A DNA stretch of 64,000 nucleotides from the NCBI GenBank assembly GCA_963788285.1, contig CAWBGB010000009.1, positions 5,375 to 69,374 on the forward strand, read 5' to 3'. Shown here piece after piece: positions 41,224-51,939 of the stretch (position 1 is the first letter of the stretch; every line of letters begins with the position of its first letter). Position numbers and translations under genes: made by a program. This stretch comes from an uncultured Alicyclobacillaceae bacterium. Lineage in GTDB: Bacteria; Bacillota; Bacilli; Alicyclobacillales; Alicyclobacillaceae. The notes under the pieces were generated by a model. It was not told the origin of the DNA. It did not search any database and saw only the letters and a program-made list of their open reading frames with translations.

Positions 41224-42100
41224 ATGAAGAGACGTTTGGTCGCACCTGGACGCACTTGAGCCCTTCGCAACGCATTGCCCTCAGTTACCTGGTCGTGATG
41301 CTGCTCGGGGCGCTTGTTCTCATGCTGCCTTTCTGTAGACAGACGAATGTCAGCTTTACCGACGCATGCTTCACATCGGCGAGTGCGTTGTACGTTACGG
41401 GACTATCCTCGGTCGTTACGAAGACGACGTGGACACCGGTGGGTGACTTTGTCATCACGCTCCTGATTCAGATTGGGGGCGGGTATCACGCTGGTTACCA
41501 CATCGATTTACCTCGTCGCGGGTCATAAAACCACGCTCGGCGATAGAATATTCATCGGAGAGGACGAAAATTTTACATTACGCGGCGTCATACGGCTGAT
41601 GAAGAGCATTCTTTACTTGAGCTTGGCCATTGAAGGTACATCGACAGTGCTGTTTGCACTGTATTTTCATTCATCTACCACTACGCATGGCTGAAAACGT
41701 TGGCCATTAGCGCGTTTCACTCGGTCTCATGCCTTTAATAACGCTAGGTTCGATGTCTGGGGTAAAACTTGGAAGGATTCCAAAACGACGCGTTCGTCCT
41801 GCTTCTGACCAGCCTACTGAATTATCCTCGGCGGTATCGGCTTTCTCGTCCTTGTGAAGAAGTGTTCATGATGGAATTGGCAGCGTCCGGGGAGTTGCTG
41901 AACAGATATCTGGTGAAGCTGAACTTACCAAAGCGCTTCGGCGTACAAGTGGTGATGATTATCCGCGGAAAGACCAAGGTATTCCCCGTGACCGTGCACG
42001 ACGGGATACAGCCGGAGGACAGCCTCGTCCTGGTGAGACCTCAGCATCCCTGCAACAAGTGGCGAATCTGGCACAGGAATAGCCGACGCACTTCGTCTTC
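41224..42100 (+). pseudogene. KtrB/TrkH-type K+ transporter remnant fused to an RCK_C (KtrA/TrkA C-terminal) remnant
   Basis: Fragments: MKRRLVAPGRT / LSPSQRIALSYLVVMLLGALVLMLP...DACFTSASALYVTGLS...LLIQIGG / GITLVTTSIYLVAGHKTTLGDRIFIGE...LSLAIEG / SAFHSVS.. NNA.FDVWG / [10 protein letters not shown], then [48 protein letters not shown]. There are several frame changes and stops. The last piece runs in frame into the queC ORF of the track. Confidence 0.65.
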
Positions 42101-42188
42101 GATCAGCGTGTGCGGCTGCTTGCCGCCTGCGTCTACGCGTTGCGATAACATGGAAACAAAGAAGTCCAATGAAACCGGGGGAGAGAAC

Positions 42189-42854
42189 ATGGTTAGTCAA
42201 GAAAAAGCGGTGGTTGTATTCAGCGGCGGACAGGATAGCACCACCTGCCTGGCGTGGGCGCTTCGTACATTTCGCGAGGTTGAGGCGGTCACATTTAACT
42301 ACAACCAACGCCACGAAAAAGAAATTGAATGCGCGAAAAACATTGCCGACAAGTTCGGTGTCCGACATCACGTGTTAGACATGGCCTTGCTGAACCAACT
42401 GGCGCCCAGTGCACTAACGCGCTCGGACATTGCCGTCGAAGCCGGGAAGGACGGGTCCTTACCGTCTACCTTTGTCCCAGGCAGAAACCTGGTATTCCTT
42501 GCATTCGCCGGTATCCTCGCCAGCCAGGTTGGGGCAAAGCACATCGTGACGGGCGTCTGCCAGACCGACTTCAGCGGTTACCCGGATTGCCGGGATGTGT
42601 TCGTCAAATCACTGAACGTAACGCTCAACCTGGCCATGGATGCGGAATTTGTCATCCACACACCGCTCATGTGGCTGGACAAGAAGCAGACGTGGGCGCT
42701 TGCCGATGAACTCGGATGTTTTGACCTCGTTCGCGAGGAAACCCTGACCTGCTACGAAGGAATTATCGGAGACGGATGTGGGAAATGCCCAGCTTGCGTG
42801 CTCCGCAACAACGGACTGCAAGCGTATCTCATGGAACGCAACACCATCGACTGA
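42189..42854 (+). CDS. queC: 7-cyano-7-deazaguanine synthase
   Basis: [19 protein letters not shown]-loop and C-terminal [10 protein letters not shown] zinc site. ATG 42189 with SD GGGGGAGAG. Confidence 0.9.
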   Translation: MVSQEKAVVVFSGGQDSTTCLAWALRTFREVEAVTFNYNQRHEKEIECAKNIADKFGVRHHVLDMALLNQLAPSALTRSDIAVEAGKDGSLPSTFVPGRNLVFLAFAGILASQVGAKHIVTGVCQTDFSGYPDCRDVFVKSLNVTLNLAMDAEFVIHTPLMWLDKKQTWALADELGCFDLVREETLTCYEGIIGDGCGKCPACVLRNNGLQAYLMERNTID

Positions 42855-42877
42855 AATTGCGAGTCGTCCGCTAGAAT

Positions 42878-42924
42878 GAAAACAGCCGCCTGTAGCGAGT
42901 AACGCCACACAGACGGCTGTTTTC
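42878..42924. terminator. bidirectional terminator between queC and queE
   Basis: GAAAACAGCCG ... CGGCTGTTTTC, an 11-bp stem with A/T runs on both sides and a 25-nt loop. Confidence 0.6.
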
Positions 42925-42936
42925 ATAAGGGGGAGT

Positions 42937-43650
42937 TTACACGCCTCGCTTGTTCCCCCACAACAACACGTGCAGCTGCGGCAACACGCGGACATCGTTC
43001 ATCTCTGGATCTGCAATGATCTTGTCCGTGAGCCACGCCAACTTCTGGAGCAGGCGTCCCGATACGTCTCCTTCTGACGTGGTGTCGTCGTTGCCCACCG
43101 AGAGGTAGAACGGAACGTCTGGCCACCGCCGGTGGACTTCCTTTGCATATTCGTAATCCACGTCATCAAACACAACCACTTTCAGAGACGCGTGAATGTT
43201 CTCCGCCTCCACCCTACGAAGGATGTCGGCCAACACATTCCAGTCTGTCTCCATGCCAGAACTCGGTGGTTTGGGGCTGAGCGTCAAGTCGTCAATCGCG
43301 GAAAACCAGTCCCGCCAGATACTTCCCTGTGTCTCCAAACCAGTTCGGATTCCATTTTTCCGCAACAGGTCCAGAAACTCAGCCATAGCATCCTTGAGCA
43401 GGGCCGGATTTCCACCCGAGATGGTGACGTAATCGAAGTTCCCACGGGCGAGGCGGTACAATTCCTCCCAAACCTCTTGCGGCGTCATGGGCTTCGCCTT
43501 GGAGGAACCGTCCCATGTAAACTTCGAATCGCACCAGCGACAGTGGTAGTCACACCCTGCGGTTCGAACAAACATCGTCTTACGGCCAATCGCCATACCT
43601 TCCCCTTGGATGGTGGGGCCGAATATCTCCATCACTGGTAACGTGGCCAT
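42937..43650 (-). CDS. queE: 7-carboxy-7-deazaguanine synthase (radical SAM)
   Basis: EIFGPTIQGEGMAIGRKTMFVRTAGCDYHCRWCDS. ATG 43650 overlaps the queD stop (TGATG). Confidence 0.9.
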   Translation of the reverse strand: MATLPVMEIFGPTIQGEGMAIGRKTMFVRTAGCDYHCRWCDSKFTWDGSSKAKPMTPQEVWEELYRLARGNFDYVTISGGNPALLKDAMAEFLDLLRKNGIRTGLETQGSIWRDWFSAIDDLTLSPKPPSSGMETDWNVLADILRRVEAENIHASLKVVVFDDVDYEYAKEVHRRWPDVPFYLSVGNDDTTSEGDVSGRLLQKLAWLTDKIIADPEMNDVRVLPQLHVLLWGNKRGV

Positions 43651-44087
43651 CAGTAGTCGACTCCCTTTTTCGGCCGAAAGACCACGTAGCTTGTGGGCGT
43701 CTCCCGGACTACCACCTGAACGCAAACCGGCTTATTCGGCTTGCTGTCCAGGACCTCCTGCACCATTTCCCAAACCTTGCGTGCCACCACTTCCGTGGTC
43801 GGAAAGTGGTTGCCATCGGTAGCGGAAAACAACGGATCGTCATTCAACAGCCGATGATCCCAACGCTCATGCACGAGCTCTTTAAGCACTTTGAAGTTGA
43901 TGAGAAATCCGGAACTATCCAGTTCGTCACCAGCAACGGTCACGTTGATAAAGTAGGTATGACCGTGGACGCGCTGGCAGACACCCGCCCCTTCATCGGG
44001 GATAAAGTGTGCTGTGGACAAGTGCATGTCCTTGTTCAATTCGTAGCGAAAGTCATGTTGCACCTGCGGGTAGAATTGTTGCAGCAT
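43650..44087 (-). CDS. queD: 6-carboxy-5,6,7,8-tetrahydropterin synthase
   Basis: 145 aa. STAHFIP...CQRVHGHTY Zn/catalytic motif. SD GGAAAGGAGGG. Confidence 0.9.
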   Translation of the reverse strand: MLQQFYPQVQHDFRYELNKDMHLSTAHFIPDEGAGVCQRVHGHTYFINVTVAGDELDSSGFLINFKVLKELVHERWDHRLLNDDPLFSATDGNHFPTTEVVARKVWEMVQEVLDSKPNKPVCVQVVVRETPTSYVVFRPKKGVDY

Positions 44088-44457
44088 TCACAGCCCTCCT
44101 TTCCTCCATCGTAGAACCGAGCAATTTGTCAACATTGAAATGGTAGTATACGCGATGGAACTACGCAATCAAAGCCCGCCAGTCGGCGGGCTCCCAATCG
44201 AGCGATTTCAAAAATTCCACTATAGTGGTTCCCTCGCGGCTCAGCCACATTAGGCAAAACCTTCATCCGGTAATGCCTGTTAACCCAGTTGCGTCTCTCG
44301 ACGTTTGCGGGCAGTGGCGTGTGATCTATGCAGAAGCCTCACCTAACAAAGAAACCTATATGCAATTCCATGATGTCAAGCTACATCTATACAATAGCGG
44401 CTTTCCTCGAACAATCAAGACAAGTCAGTGTTACAATGTCCGCGAGGAGGTCTGGTT

Positions 44458-45144
44458 ATGGGATATGAAGAGCTATTTCGACACACGATGGAACTACTTT
44501 CCACTAAGTATGAAGTAAAAGATATTCTGCTGCCGACATCCGACTGCATCTTTCTCCTCGAGTCGCCGCACGTTCAGGAATTGAAGTTCGGCGCCCCCGT
44601 CTCCGGCACTTCCGGACAGACGATGACCCGTCACTTGTTTGGCGAGGAATTCTCGAAGTTCCCGCTGGGCCGGCTCGTGAAAAAGAACGCAGATGAACAC
44701 CTGAACCGGCCTCGACTGAATCGCATCGGCCTAGTCAACGTTTGCAACATCCCGATGCAGTCCAGTGCCTACGCACCCGCGGATAGGCAACCATATCAGC
44801 AATGGTTGCGAGCCATGGAGCAGGTTCGAACCGCAAATCACAAAGACGACCTCCATGATGACCTATTAAACGCAGTTCAGAGTACGTTGGTCGCTTCCCT
44901 AAGACACAAGTTGCAGCAATTGCAGGACTGCCCAGCCTTCATCATTCCATGTGGCCGGTTTGCACAAAAATTCTTTCGCCTGGCCCAAGTATCGTCGGCG
45001 AATTGGACTGTCATTGATGGTGTACCGCACCCTTCCTACAATTCGTGGGACAAACCTCGGTATAGGGAGGTTGTAGCGCAAGTCCAACGCGCCCTCTCCA
45101 CGCCGGTTCACAGTATCCACGGCTCTGAGTTAAGCGGCGCTTAA
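44458..45144 (+). CDS. uracil-DNA-glycosylase-superfamily-like protein with divergent motifs
   Basis: FLLESPHVQELKFGAPVSGTSGQTM aligns by eye with family-4 UDG motif A (GEAPG..E...G.PF.G.aG..L). GVPHPSYNSW aligns with motif B (HPS). ATG 44458 with SD AGGAGG 7 nt upstream. Confidence 0.45.
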   Translation: MGYEELFRHTMELLSTKYEVKDILLPTSDCIFLLESPHVQELKFGAPVSGTSGQTMTRHLFGEEFSKFPLGRLVKKNADEHLNRPRLNRIGLVNVCNIPMQSSAYAPADRQPYQQWLRAMEQVRTANHKDDLHDDLLNAVQSTLVASLRHKLQQLQDCPAFIIPCGRFAQKFFRLAQVSSANWTVIDGVPHPSYNSWDKPRYREVVAQVQRALSTPVHSIHGSELSGA

Positions 45145-45276
45145 GACGATGTCTGTTACTGTTCCGAAAACTTGGCCCTTCGTTTCAATGGATGCACTAT
45201 CGGTATAGATATCACTGTGATACTCGATACTAACTGGTGAAGGATTTGGAATCCGAACGGTATACGGAGGATCTCA

Positions 45277-46242
45277 GTGAAACACATCGAGGTTCAGCAA
45301 ATCGTGGACAAGTTCGATCTAGAAGTGGTTGCAGGGGAAACAGGATTACGTCGGCACATCGAGAGTGACGATATTCATCGTCCCGGATTGGAGTTCACGG
45401 GGTATCTCGAATATTTCCCTCAAGAACGAATCCAGATTTTAGGAAGAACCGAAATAACATACCTTCATTCTCTGCCCCTCGCCGAAAGAGACTTACGCAT
45501 TGGTCAGGTCGTGGCACGAGAACCTCCCTGTTTCATTATCACCCGTGGTCAGCACGGGCTCGACTTTTTCTCGAAGCACTGTGACCACCATCACATACCG
45601 CTTCTACGCACGACGAGAAAATCTACGCGGTTTATTAGCCTACTCAGCAACTTTCTCGAGCGTGAACTGGCAGAAGAGGCGTCCATCCACGGTGTCTGCA
45701 TGAATATTTTTGGTGTCGGCGTAATCTTGCGAGGGGTCAGCGGGATTGGTAAAAGCGAGTTGGCATTGACGCTCATCGAGCGTGGGCATCGCCTCATCTC
45801 AGACGACATTGTCATCGTCAAGCAAATCGGGCCAGAAACACTAATTGGCACACACAACGTAAACAACCGCGAGCTGTTGCACCTTCGCGGGATTGGATTT
45901 ATTGATGTGACCCGACTGTTTGGATCCGGCGCGTTCCAAGACGAAACGCATGTAGATCTGGAAATTCAGCTGATCCATTGGGATGACCATGTAGATACGG
46001 AGTTGCTGGTACTAGGGTCAGAGGCTGAAGACGTTGAATACCTGGGCGTCTCGATTCCCCAAATTGACATTCCAGTACGTCCCGGACGAGATATCGCATC
46101 ATTGGTGGAGGTAGCGTGCAAGAACTGGCGTTTAAAGCTCGCAGGATATGATGCCCTGAAAGTGTATCAGCAGCGAATTTGGATGACCGATTCAACGTCA
46201 GATTCAGAGAAGTCGTCGACCAGCAATGGGGCTGCCCCGTGA
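45277..46242 (+). CDS. hprK: HPr kinase/phosphorylase
   Basis: IHGVCMNIFGVGVILRGVSGIGKSELALTLIERGHRLISDD (Walker A) and LHLRGIGFIDV. GTG start with SD GGAGG. Confidence 0.9.
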   Translation: MKHIEVQQIVDKFDLEVVAGETGLRRHIESDDIHRPGLEFTGYLEYFPQERIQILGRTEITYLHSLPLAERDLRIGQVVAREPPCFIITRGQHGLDFFSKHCDHHHIPLLRTTRKSTRFISLLSNFLERELAEEASIHGVCMNIFGVGVILRGVSGIGKSELALTLIERGHRLISDDIVIVKQIGPETLIGTHNVNNRELLHLRGIGFIDVTRLFGSGAFQDETHVDLEIQLIHWDDHVDTELLVLGSEAEDVEYLGVSIPQIDIPVRPGRDIASLVEVACKNWRLKLAGYDALKVYQQRIWMTDSTSDSEKSSTSNGAAP

Positions 46243-46347
46243 GTAAGTGTTGTCACCCTTAGTCAGGCAGCCCCATCAGATCCTTCAACGAACCCTTCCG
46301 CGGCCAATACATCGTCATGTCCGGTGATTTATTTTGGCAGCGCACCC

Positions 46348-46734
46348 TTAGTGTGTTGCATGCTGACAATCCTTACACAGACCGTGGAAAGTCAGGTGGT
46401 GGCGTTGAATCAAAAATCCTGTTTCCCGAGCCACGTCTTCCAGGAAGTCTCCAGGCAATTCGGTGAAAACCTCCACCATTTTGCCGCACTTGTCACAGAC
46501 CGCGTGATGATGCTCTTCCATCCTTCCGTCGTACCTGGAGACGCCACCCGTAATATGTAGTTCCTTGATCAAGCCCTGCTCAACCAAGTACTTCAGAGAA
46601 TTGTATACCGTCGCGTATGCGAATTTGTACTGCTTTTCACGAAGTCTATCCATAATGTCGGCGGCGGTCGGATGGTCATGCGATTCCTTCACAACTTCCA
46701 GAACAGCTCGTCGCTGCTTTGTGAGATTCGCCAT
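46348..46734 (-). CDS. Fur-family metalloregulator (PerR/Fur-like)
   Basis: 128 aa. HPTAADIMDRL...YATVYNSLKYLVEQGLIKEL winged helix, HHHAVCDKCGKMVEV and HGLCKDCQ CxxC pairs. ATG 46734 with SD AGGTGGAG. Confidence 0.8.
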   Translation of the reverse strand: MANLTKQRRAVLEVVKESHDHPTAADIMDRLREKQYKFAYATVYNSLKYLVEQGLIKELHITGGVSRYDGRMEEHHHAVCDKCGKMVEVFTELPGDFLEDVARETGFLIQRHHLTFHGLCKDCQHATH

Positions 46735-46870
46735 GATTCTCCACCTCTCCGCTCGAAATGATACTTTAACCATTGTAAAGGTTCCGCCTGCAATGAGCAA
46801 CGCAACCCCTGCCTGCCTCAGTGGAGACGACGTCTCAGAAAAGACAACGACGCGGTCAATCCAGTCGAAG

Positions 46871-46918
46871 TCATACAAAATGGCGTGTCGAACCGAATTC
46901 GCACGCTATTTTGTATGA
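46871..46918. other. 17-bp hairpin between aceA and the Fur-family gene
   Basis: TCATACAAAATGGCGTG - 14-nt loop - CACGCTATTTTGTATGA (one G-T pair). Confidence 0.5.
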
Positions 46919-47164
46919 GCGATTTGCAAAATGCCACTAGAGTGGTTCAGCACGACTAGATGTTGTGTTGCCCTAATGCCGGAAACACTATATATTGTGC
47001 TGAACCCATTGTTCGTCGCTATTTTTCCAATCGTTGGTGTGTCAAGTTTCTCTTTTGAAAAAATTCATTTGATTCAATTCGGTCTTTATTCAATCCCGAA
47101 TTACTTTCATGTCTCCTAGAGCCAATCGAGGGCTTTCCGCCCCTGCACATCCAACTTTCGTACC

Positions 47165-48448
47165 TCAAACAAACTGTTCTTCTTCGGTCGATCCGGTCAG
47201 GGCGGTTGTCGAAGCGGAACCAGCGGCAATCACCTGTGCCACTTCGTCGAAGTAGCCCGTACCGACTTCCCGCTGATGGCGGGTTGCGGTGTAGCCGTAC
47301 TGTTCGCTCGCGAACTCCGCCTGCTGCAAGTCGGAGTACGCTGCCATACCACGTCGGTTGTAGTCCCACGCCAATTGGAACATGCTGTGGTTCAGCGTGT
47401 GGAATCCAGCCAGCGTGACGAACTGGAACTTATAGCCCATATGTCCGAGCATCGTCTGGAACTCCGCAATCGTCTTTTCATCCAGTTTCTTTCGCCAGTT
47501 GAACGACGGAGAGCAGTTGTACGCCAGCAACTTGCCCGGGAATTCCGAGTGAATCGCCTCTGCGAACTTGCGCGCTTCTTCGATGTTCGGCTCGGAGGTC
47601 TCACACCAGACCAAGTCGCAGTACGGCGCGTACGCCAGTCCCCGTGCGATAGCCGCATCGATACCGCCCCTCATTCGGAAGAATCCTTCCGGCGTGCGTT
47701 CTCCCGTTAGGAATTTCTGATCCCGCTCGTCAATGTCACTCGTAATCAGGAACGCACCGTTTGCATCCGTACGGGCCACCAGGATGGTTGGTACACCGAG
47801 GACGTCCGCTGCCAGGCGAGCCGCCGTGAGGTTGCGAATGGCGTGGGACGTCGGGATCAACACTTTGCCGCCCATGTGTCCGCACTTTTTCTCGGAGGCA
47901 AGCTGGTCTTCAAAGTGGACACCAGCGGCCCCGGCTTCAATCATCTGCTTCATCAGCTCGAAGACATTCAACGGACCGCCAAACCCGGCTTCGGCGTCTG
48001 CCACAATCGGAGCCAACCAGTGTACGTTCCCTGTTCCTTCCACGTGCTGAATCTGATCCGCACGGAGCAGCGCCTGGTTAATGCGTTTCACGACGTTGGG
48101 CACGCTGTTCGCAGGGTACAAGCTTTGGTCCGGGTACATGTGACCCGATAAGTTGGCGTCCGCAGCCACTTGCCAACCACTGAGATAAATGGCTTTCAAG
48201 CCCGCTTTCACCTGCTGAACCGCCTGGTTCCCCGTTAGTGCGCCGAGTGCGCGCACAAAGTCCTCCGTGTGCAGCAGATTCCACAAGCGTTCGGCCCCCA
48301 GCTTCGCCAAGGTATATTCAATGTGGACCGATCCGCGCAGTCGAAGCACATCTTCTGCGCTATACGGCCGCTCGACTCCCTTCCACCGGCTGTCCGTCTC
48401 CCAGTACTTCTTCAGCGCTTCCGCAGTTTCAAAATGGCTCATCTCCAT
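47165..48448 (-). CDS. aceA: isocitrate lyase
   Basis: 427 aa. [11 protein letters not shown] active-site motif and the typical N-terminus ([19 protein letters not shown]). Confidence 0.95.
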   Translation of the reverse strand: MEMSHFETAEALKKYWETDSRWKGVERPYSAEDVLRLRGSVHIEYTLAKLGAERLWNLLHTEDFVRALGALTGNQAVQQVKAGLKAIYLSGWQVAADANLSGHMYPDQSLYPANSVPNVVKRINQALLRADQIQHVEGTGNVHWLAPIVADAEAGFGGPLNVFELMKQMIEAGAAGVHFEDQLASEKKCGHMGGKVLIPTSHAIRNLTAARLAADVLGVPTILVARTDANGAFLITSDIDERDQKFLTGERTPEGFFRMRGGIDAAIARGLAYAPYCDLVWCETSEPNIEEARKFAEAIHSEFPGKLLAYNCSPSFNWRKKLDEKTIAEFQTMLGHMGYKFQFVTLAGFHTLNHSMFQLAWDYNRRGMAAYSDLQQAEFASEQYGYTATRHQREVGTGYFDEVAQVIAAGSASTTALTGSTEEEQFV

Positions 48449-48463
48449 CTTCCTCCTCTATGA

Positions 48464-50071
48464 TTAGTCCAAATAGGTGTATCCGGGCAGCGTGAGAAAC
48501 TCGACGAATTCGTCGTTTGCAGTCAGGCTCAAGAACAGTTCGCTGGCTTGCCGATACCGTCCGCCTGTGAAATGCTCCTGCCCAACTTGCTCGCGAATCT
48601 TGGCCAGTTCATCGGCCAGCAGTTCCTTCACGAGGGCGAAGGTCACCTTGCGGCCGTCGTTCAGTATGCCGTGCGGATGGCGGATCCACTGCCACACTTG
48701 TGTGCGGGAGATTTCCGCCGTTGCGGCGTCCTCCATGAGATTGAAAATCGGTACCGCTCCCACGCCGCGCAGCCAGGCCTCAATGTACTGAACCGCGACG
48801 CTGATGTTGTTTCGTAAGCCATGCTCGCTGATGCCCCCTTCCGGCACCTCAAGCAGGTCCGCCGCCGTGACGTGAACGTCTTCGCGCTTGCGGTGGATTT
48901 GGTTTGGCGTCGGCATATGCTCATTGAACGCCTCCATCGCTACAGGGACCAACGCAGGGTGCGCGACCCACGTGCCGTCGTGTCCATCCGAGGCTTCCCG
49001 GACTTTGTCCATGCGTACCTTTTTCAACGCTTCCTCGTTGGCGATGGGATCGTTCTTGACCGGAATTTGAGCAGCCATGCCGCCAATGGCGTGCGCGTTT
49101 CGCTTGTGGCATGTCTGGATGGCGAGCAGTGAGTACGCCCGCATGCAAGGCGACGTCATCGTCACAAGCGCCCGGTCCGGTAACAGGAACTGCTTGTGGT
49201 TCCGAAACTTCTTGATGTAGCTGAAAATGTAGTCCCATCGTCCGCAGTTCAGACCCGCGGCGTGATCTCGCAATTCGTAGAGGATTTCGTCCATTTCAAA
49301 CGCCGCGAGGATGGTCTCAATCAGCACGGTGGCTTTGATGGTGCCGTGTGGGATGTCCAATCTCCGTTCGGTATACGTGAACACATCATTCCAAAGGCGC
49401 GCTTCCAGGTGACTCTCCATTTTCGGCAGGTAAAAGTACGGCCCGGTTCCGTTCTCAAGTAGTTGCTTGGTGTTGTGGAAGACGTAGAGCGCAAAGTCAA
49501 ACAGTCCGCCAGACACCGGCGCTCCGTCCACGAGGATGTGTTTCTCCTCGAGATGCCAACCACGGGGACGCACCACAAGTGTCGCGATGTTTTCGTGGAG
49601 CTGATACGACTTGCCTTCGGGACTCACGTAGTCAATTGAACGACGAATGGCATCCCGGAGGTTCAGTTGCCCCTGCACGGTGTTCTCCCAAGTCGGAGAA
49701 TTGGCATCTTCGAAGTCGGCCATAAACACTTTGGCGCCGGAGTTCAAGGCGTTGATCACCATCTTCCGATCACCGGCCGGTCCCGTGATTTCCACACGCC
49801 GGTCTTGCAAGTCCTCAGGCACCGGCGCAATTTGCCAATCTCCGTTCCGAATGTGTGCTGTTTCTGGCAGAAAGTCTGGGAGTTTTCCGGCATCAATTTC
49901 TGCCTGGCGCGCTTCGCGTCGCTGTAACAGCTCCTTGCGTCGCAGCCCAAACGTTCGCTCCAGTTCGGCTACAAACTCCAGTGCTTCCGTGGTCAGGACC
50001 TCCGCGAACTGAGGACTGGTGGGCACCGTCACACTTACGCCTGCGGGAAGCCATCCAATCGCCGTTGACAT
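48464..50071 (-). CDS. aceB: malate synthase A
   Basis: About 535 aa. [43 protein letters not shown] motifs. ATG 50071 is preferred over 50080 on SD spacing. Confidence 0.9.
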   Translation of the reverse strand: MSTAIGWLPAGVSVTVPTSPQFAEVLTTEALEFVAELERTFGLRRKELLQRREARQAEIDAGKLPDFLPETAHIRNGDWQIAPVPEDLQDRRVEITGPAGDRKMVINALNSGAKVFMADFEDANSPTWENTVQGQLNLRDAIRRSIDYVSPEGKSYQLHENIATLVVRPRGWHLEEKHILVDGAPVSGGLFDFALYVFHNTKQLLENGTGPYFYLPKMESHLEARLWNDVFTYTERRLDIPHGTIKATVLIETILAAFEMDEILYELRDHAAGLNCGRWDYIFSYIKKFRNHKQFLLPDRALVTMTSPCMRAYSLLAIQTCHKRNAHAIGGMAAQIPVKNDPIANEEALKKVRMDKVREASDGHDGTWVAHPALVPVAMEAFNEHMPTPNQIHRKREDVHVTAADLLEVPEGGISEHGLRNNISVAVQYIEAWLRGVGAVPIFNLMEDAATAEISRTQVWQWIRHPHGILNDGRKVTFALVKELLADELAKIREQVGQEHFTGGRYRQASELFLSLTANDEFVEFLTLPGYTYLD

Positions 50072-50105
50072 ACCATTCATCCACCTCTTTCAACTTTGTA
50101 AAACA

Positions 50106-50264
50106 TTATGAGTATTGCGAGCATTCATCTTGGATGTTGACACAGCGCTCACAGATCACGGCGTACGACGGGGCTTGTTCTTCAAACTCTCTGCCACAGT
50201 AACAACACTGTTTTCGCGGTTCATCGAGAGGCAAATCGTCATGCCATGGGGCCACCGAAGTCAT
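50106..50264 (-). CDS. small zinc-ribbon-like protein (52 aa) leading the glyoxylate-shunt operon
   Basis: Hand translation: MTSVAPWHDDLPLDEPRKQCCYCGREFEEQAPSYAVICERCVNIQDECSQYS. It has CxxC...CxxC and SD AAAGGAGGA 7 nt upstream. It is below the track size cutoff. Confidence 0.5.
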   Translation of the reverse strand: MTSVAPWHDDLPLDEPRKQCCYCGREFEEQAPSYAVICERCVNIQDECSQYS

Positions 50265-50556
50265 GGTAGATTCCTCCTTTGTTCTTATGTTGGTACTGTA
50301 CTACAACATCAATATGTCTGTAAACCTGTTATGATACAGTTCATTTTGAAAATTTTTTGTCATCAATAACAACTGTACGACCAACTCCACAAAAAAGCCG
50401 TCAAAGTCGGGGAGATTGTAGGTCACAGCCTTGTGTTATATACAGAAACCGGAGAAATAACAGGAATTTGTGCTGGTGGACGAGACGGGAATGTGATGTG
50501 GGCTTACTGTGTAAATGGACGCAGGTTGTTTCGTAAGGCATCTGTATTATAACAAG

Positions 50557-50583
50557 AATGGTCAGGAACCGCGCTCCTGACCA
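50557..50583 (-). terminator. intrinsic terminator after folA
   Basis: Perfect 10-bp stem ATGGTCAGGA / TCCTGACCAT. On the minus strand it is followed by TCTTGTTATAAT. Confidence 0.65.
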
Positions 50584-50590
50584 TCCCTCA

Positions 50591-51061
50591 TTAATGAATC
50601 CTTTGATATACCTGGAACGTGTGAGGTACGACGTCCCCTGGGCCGGGTTGGCTCTCCACGAGTTCCCACCGGCCCTCCAACTCCGGAAAGTGGGCGTCTC
50701 CGTCGTAGTCCCGGTGAATCACCGTCTGATACACCCGATCTGCGTATGGGAGGAACAGCTTGTACACCTCCGCACCGCCGATGACAAACACCTCTTGCGA
50801 CTTTGCGAGTTCTAAAATCGGAAGAATCTCGTGCACCACGTGACAACCCTCCGCCACGTAGTTGGGGTTTCGCGTCACGATGTAGTTCGGCCGACCAGGT
50901 AAAGGCTTGCCGATGGATTCATATGTCTTGCGCCCCATCACAATCGGATGTCCCATCGTCACGCGTTTGAAGTACGCCAGTTCACCAGGAATACGCCACG
51001 GAATTTTGCCTTCGGCGCCGATTGTGCGATTCTCTGCCATCGCCACAATCAAGCAGATCAT
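50591..51061 (-). CDS. folA: dihydrofolate reductase
   Basis: 156 aa. [27 protein letters not shown]. The start overlaps the thyA stop (ATGA). Confidence 0.9.
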   Translation of the reverse strand: MICLIVAMAENRTIGAEGKIPWRIPGELAYFKRVTMGHPIVMGRKTYESIGKPLPGRPNYIVTRNPNYVAEGCHVVHEILPILELAKSQEVFVIGGAEVYKLFLPYADRVYQTVIHRDYDGDAHFPELEGRWELVESQPGPGDVVPHTFQVYQRIH

Positions 51062-51939
51062 ACGGACACTTCCCCTTTGATGTGCGGATGCGCTTGGTAA
51101 CCGACCAGCTCGATATCTTCCAGCGTGAAGTCAAACAAACTCCGCACGCTCGGATTGAGCCTGACCTGTGGCAGCGGATACGGTTCGCGCGTCAACTGCA
51201 GCTTACACTGTTCGATGTGGTTGTTGTAAATGTGCGCATCGCCAAGTGTGTGAATGAACTCTCCGGGTTCGAGCCCTGTGACATGAGCAATCATGAGGGT
51301 CAAGAGCGCGTAACTGGCGATGTTGAACGGGACGCCGAGAAAAATGTCTGCTGATCTTTGATACAGTTGGCAAGACAGCTTCCCGTCGGCCACGTAGAAC
51401 TGGAACAAGGAATGGCACGGAGGCAGCGCCATGTCGTCCACCTCGCCAGGATTGTACGCCACAACCAACAGCCGACGCGAGTTCGGATTGGTCTTGATTT
51501 GCTCCACCACATTGGCAAGTTGATCAATGGTTCGCCCATCTGCAGCCTGCCAACTGCGCCACTGCTTTCCGTACACCGGCCCAAGGTCCCCCCATTTGCT
51601 AGCAAAAGCAGGGTCACGCTTGATCTTCTCTGCGAACTGTTCCATGGTTTCGCCGCCGTACTCAGGGCTTTTCTTGTAGGCCTCAAACGGCCAATCGTCC
51701 CAGATGTGGTTGTTGTGCTCCACCAAGTAGCGAATGTTGGTATCACCAGCGATGAACCACAGTAATTCTGTCACAATCAAGCGAAAGGTGAGCTTTTTGG
51801 TAGTCAGAAGCGGAAAGCCATCCGCAAGGTTGAACCGCATTTGATAGCCAAACGTGGACAGGGTACCCGTACCCGTCCTGTCGTCCTTTTGCGTTCCATG
51901 TTCCAATACATGACGTACGAGATCCAGGTATTGTTTCAA
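51058..51939 (-). CDS. thyA: thymidylate synthase (ThyA)
   Basis: [39 protein letters not shown] (catalytic Cys), DLGPVYG. TTG 51939 corresponds to the canonical MKQYL start. The track ORF is over-extended. Confidence 0.9.
   Translation of the reverse strand: MKQYLDLVRHVLEHGTQKDDRTGTGTLSTFGYQMRFNLADGFPLLTTKKLTFRLIVTELLWFIAGDTNIRYLVEHNNHIWDDWPFEAYKKSPEYGGETMEQFAEKIKRDPAFASKWGDLGPVYGKQWRSWQAADGRTIDQLANVVEQIKTNPNSRRLLVVAYNPGEVDDMALPPCHSLFQFYVADGKLSCQLYQRSADIFLGVPFNIASYALLTLMIAHVTGLEPGEFIHTLGDAHIYNNHIEQCKLQLTREPYPLPQVRLNPSVRSLFDFTLEDIELVGYQAHPHIKGEVSV

Noticed and set aside
44088-44160. Possible preQ1-I riboswitch in the queD leader (GGTTCTAcg...GGAGGAAAGGAGGG)
   Set aside because: It shares only the GGUUCUA fragment with the Bacillus preQ1-I aptamer. 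I could not draw a 5-bp P1 stem or the A-rich tail/pseudoknot. It needs a covariance search (RF00522) before being claimed. A plausible promoter (TTGATT-16-TATACT, minus strand about 44135-44162) does sit upstream.
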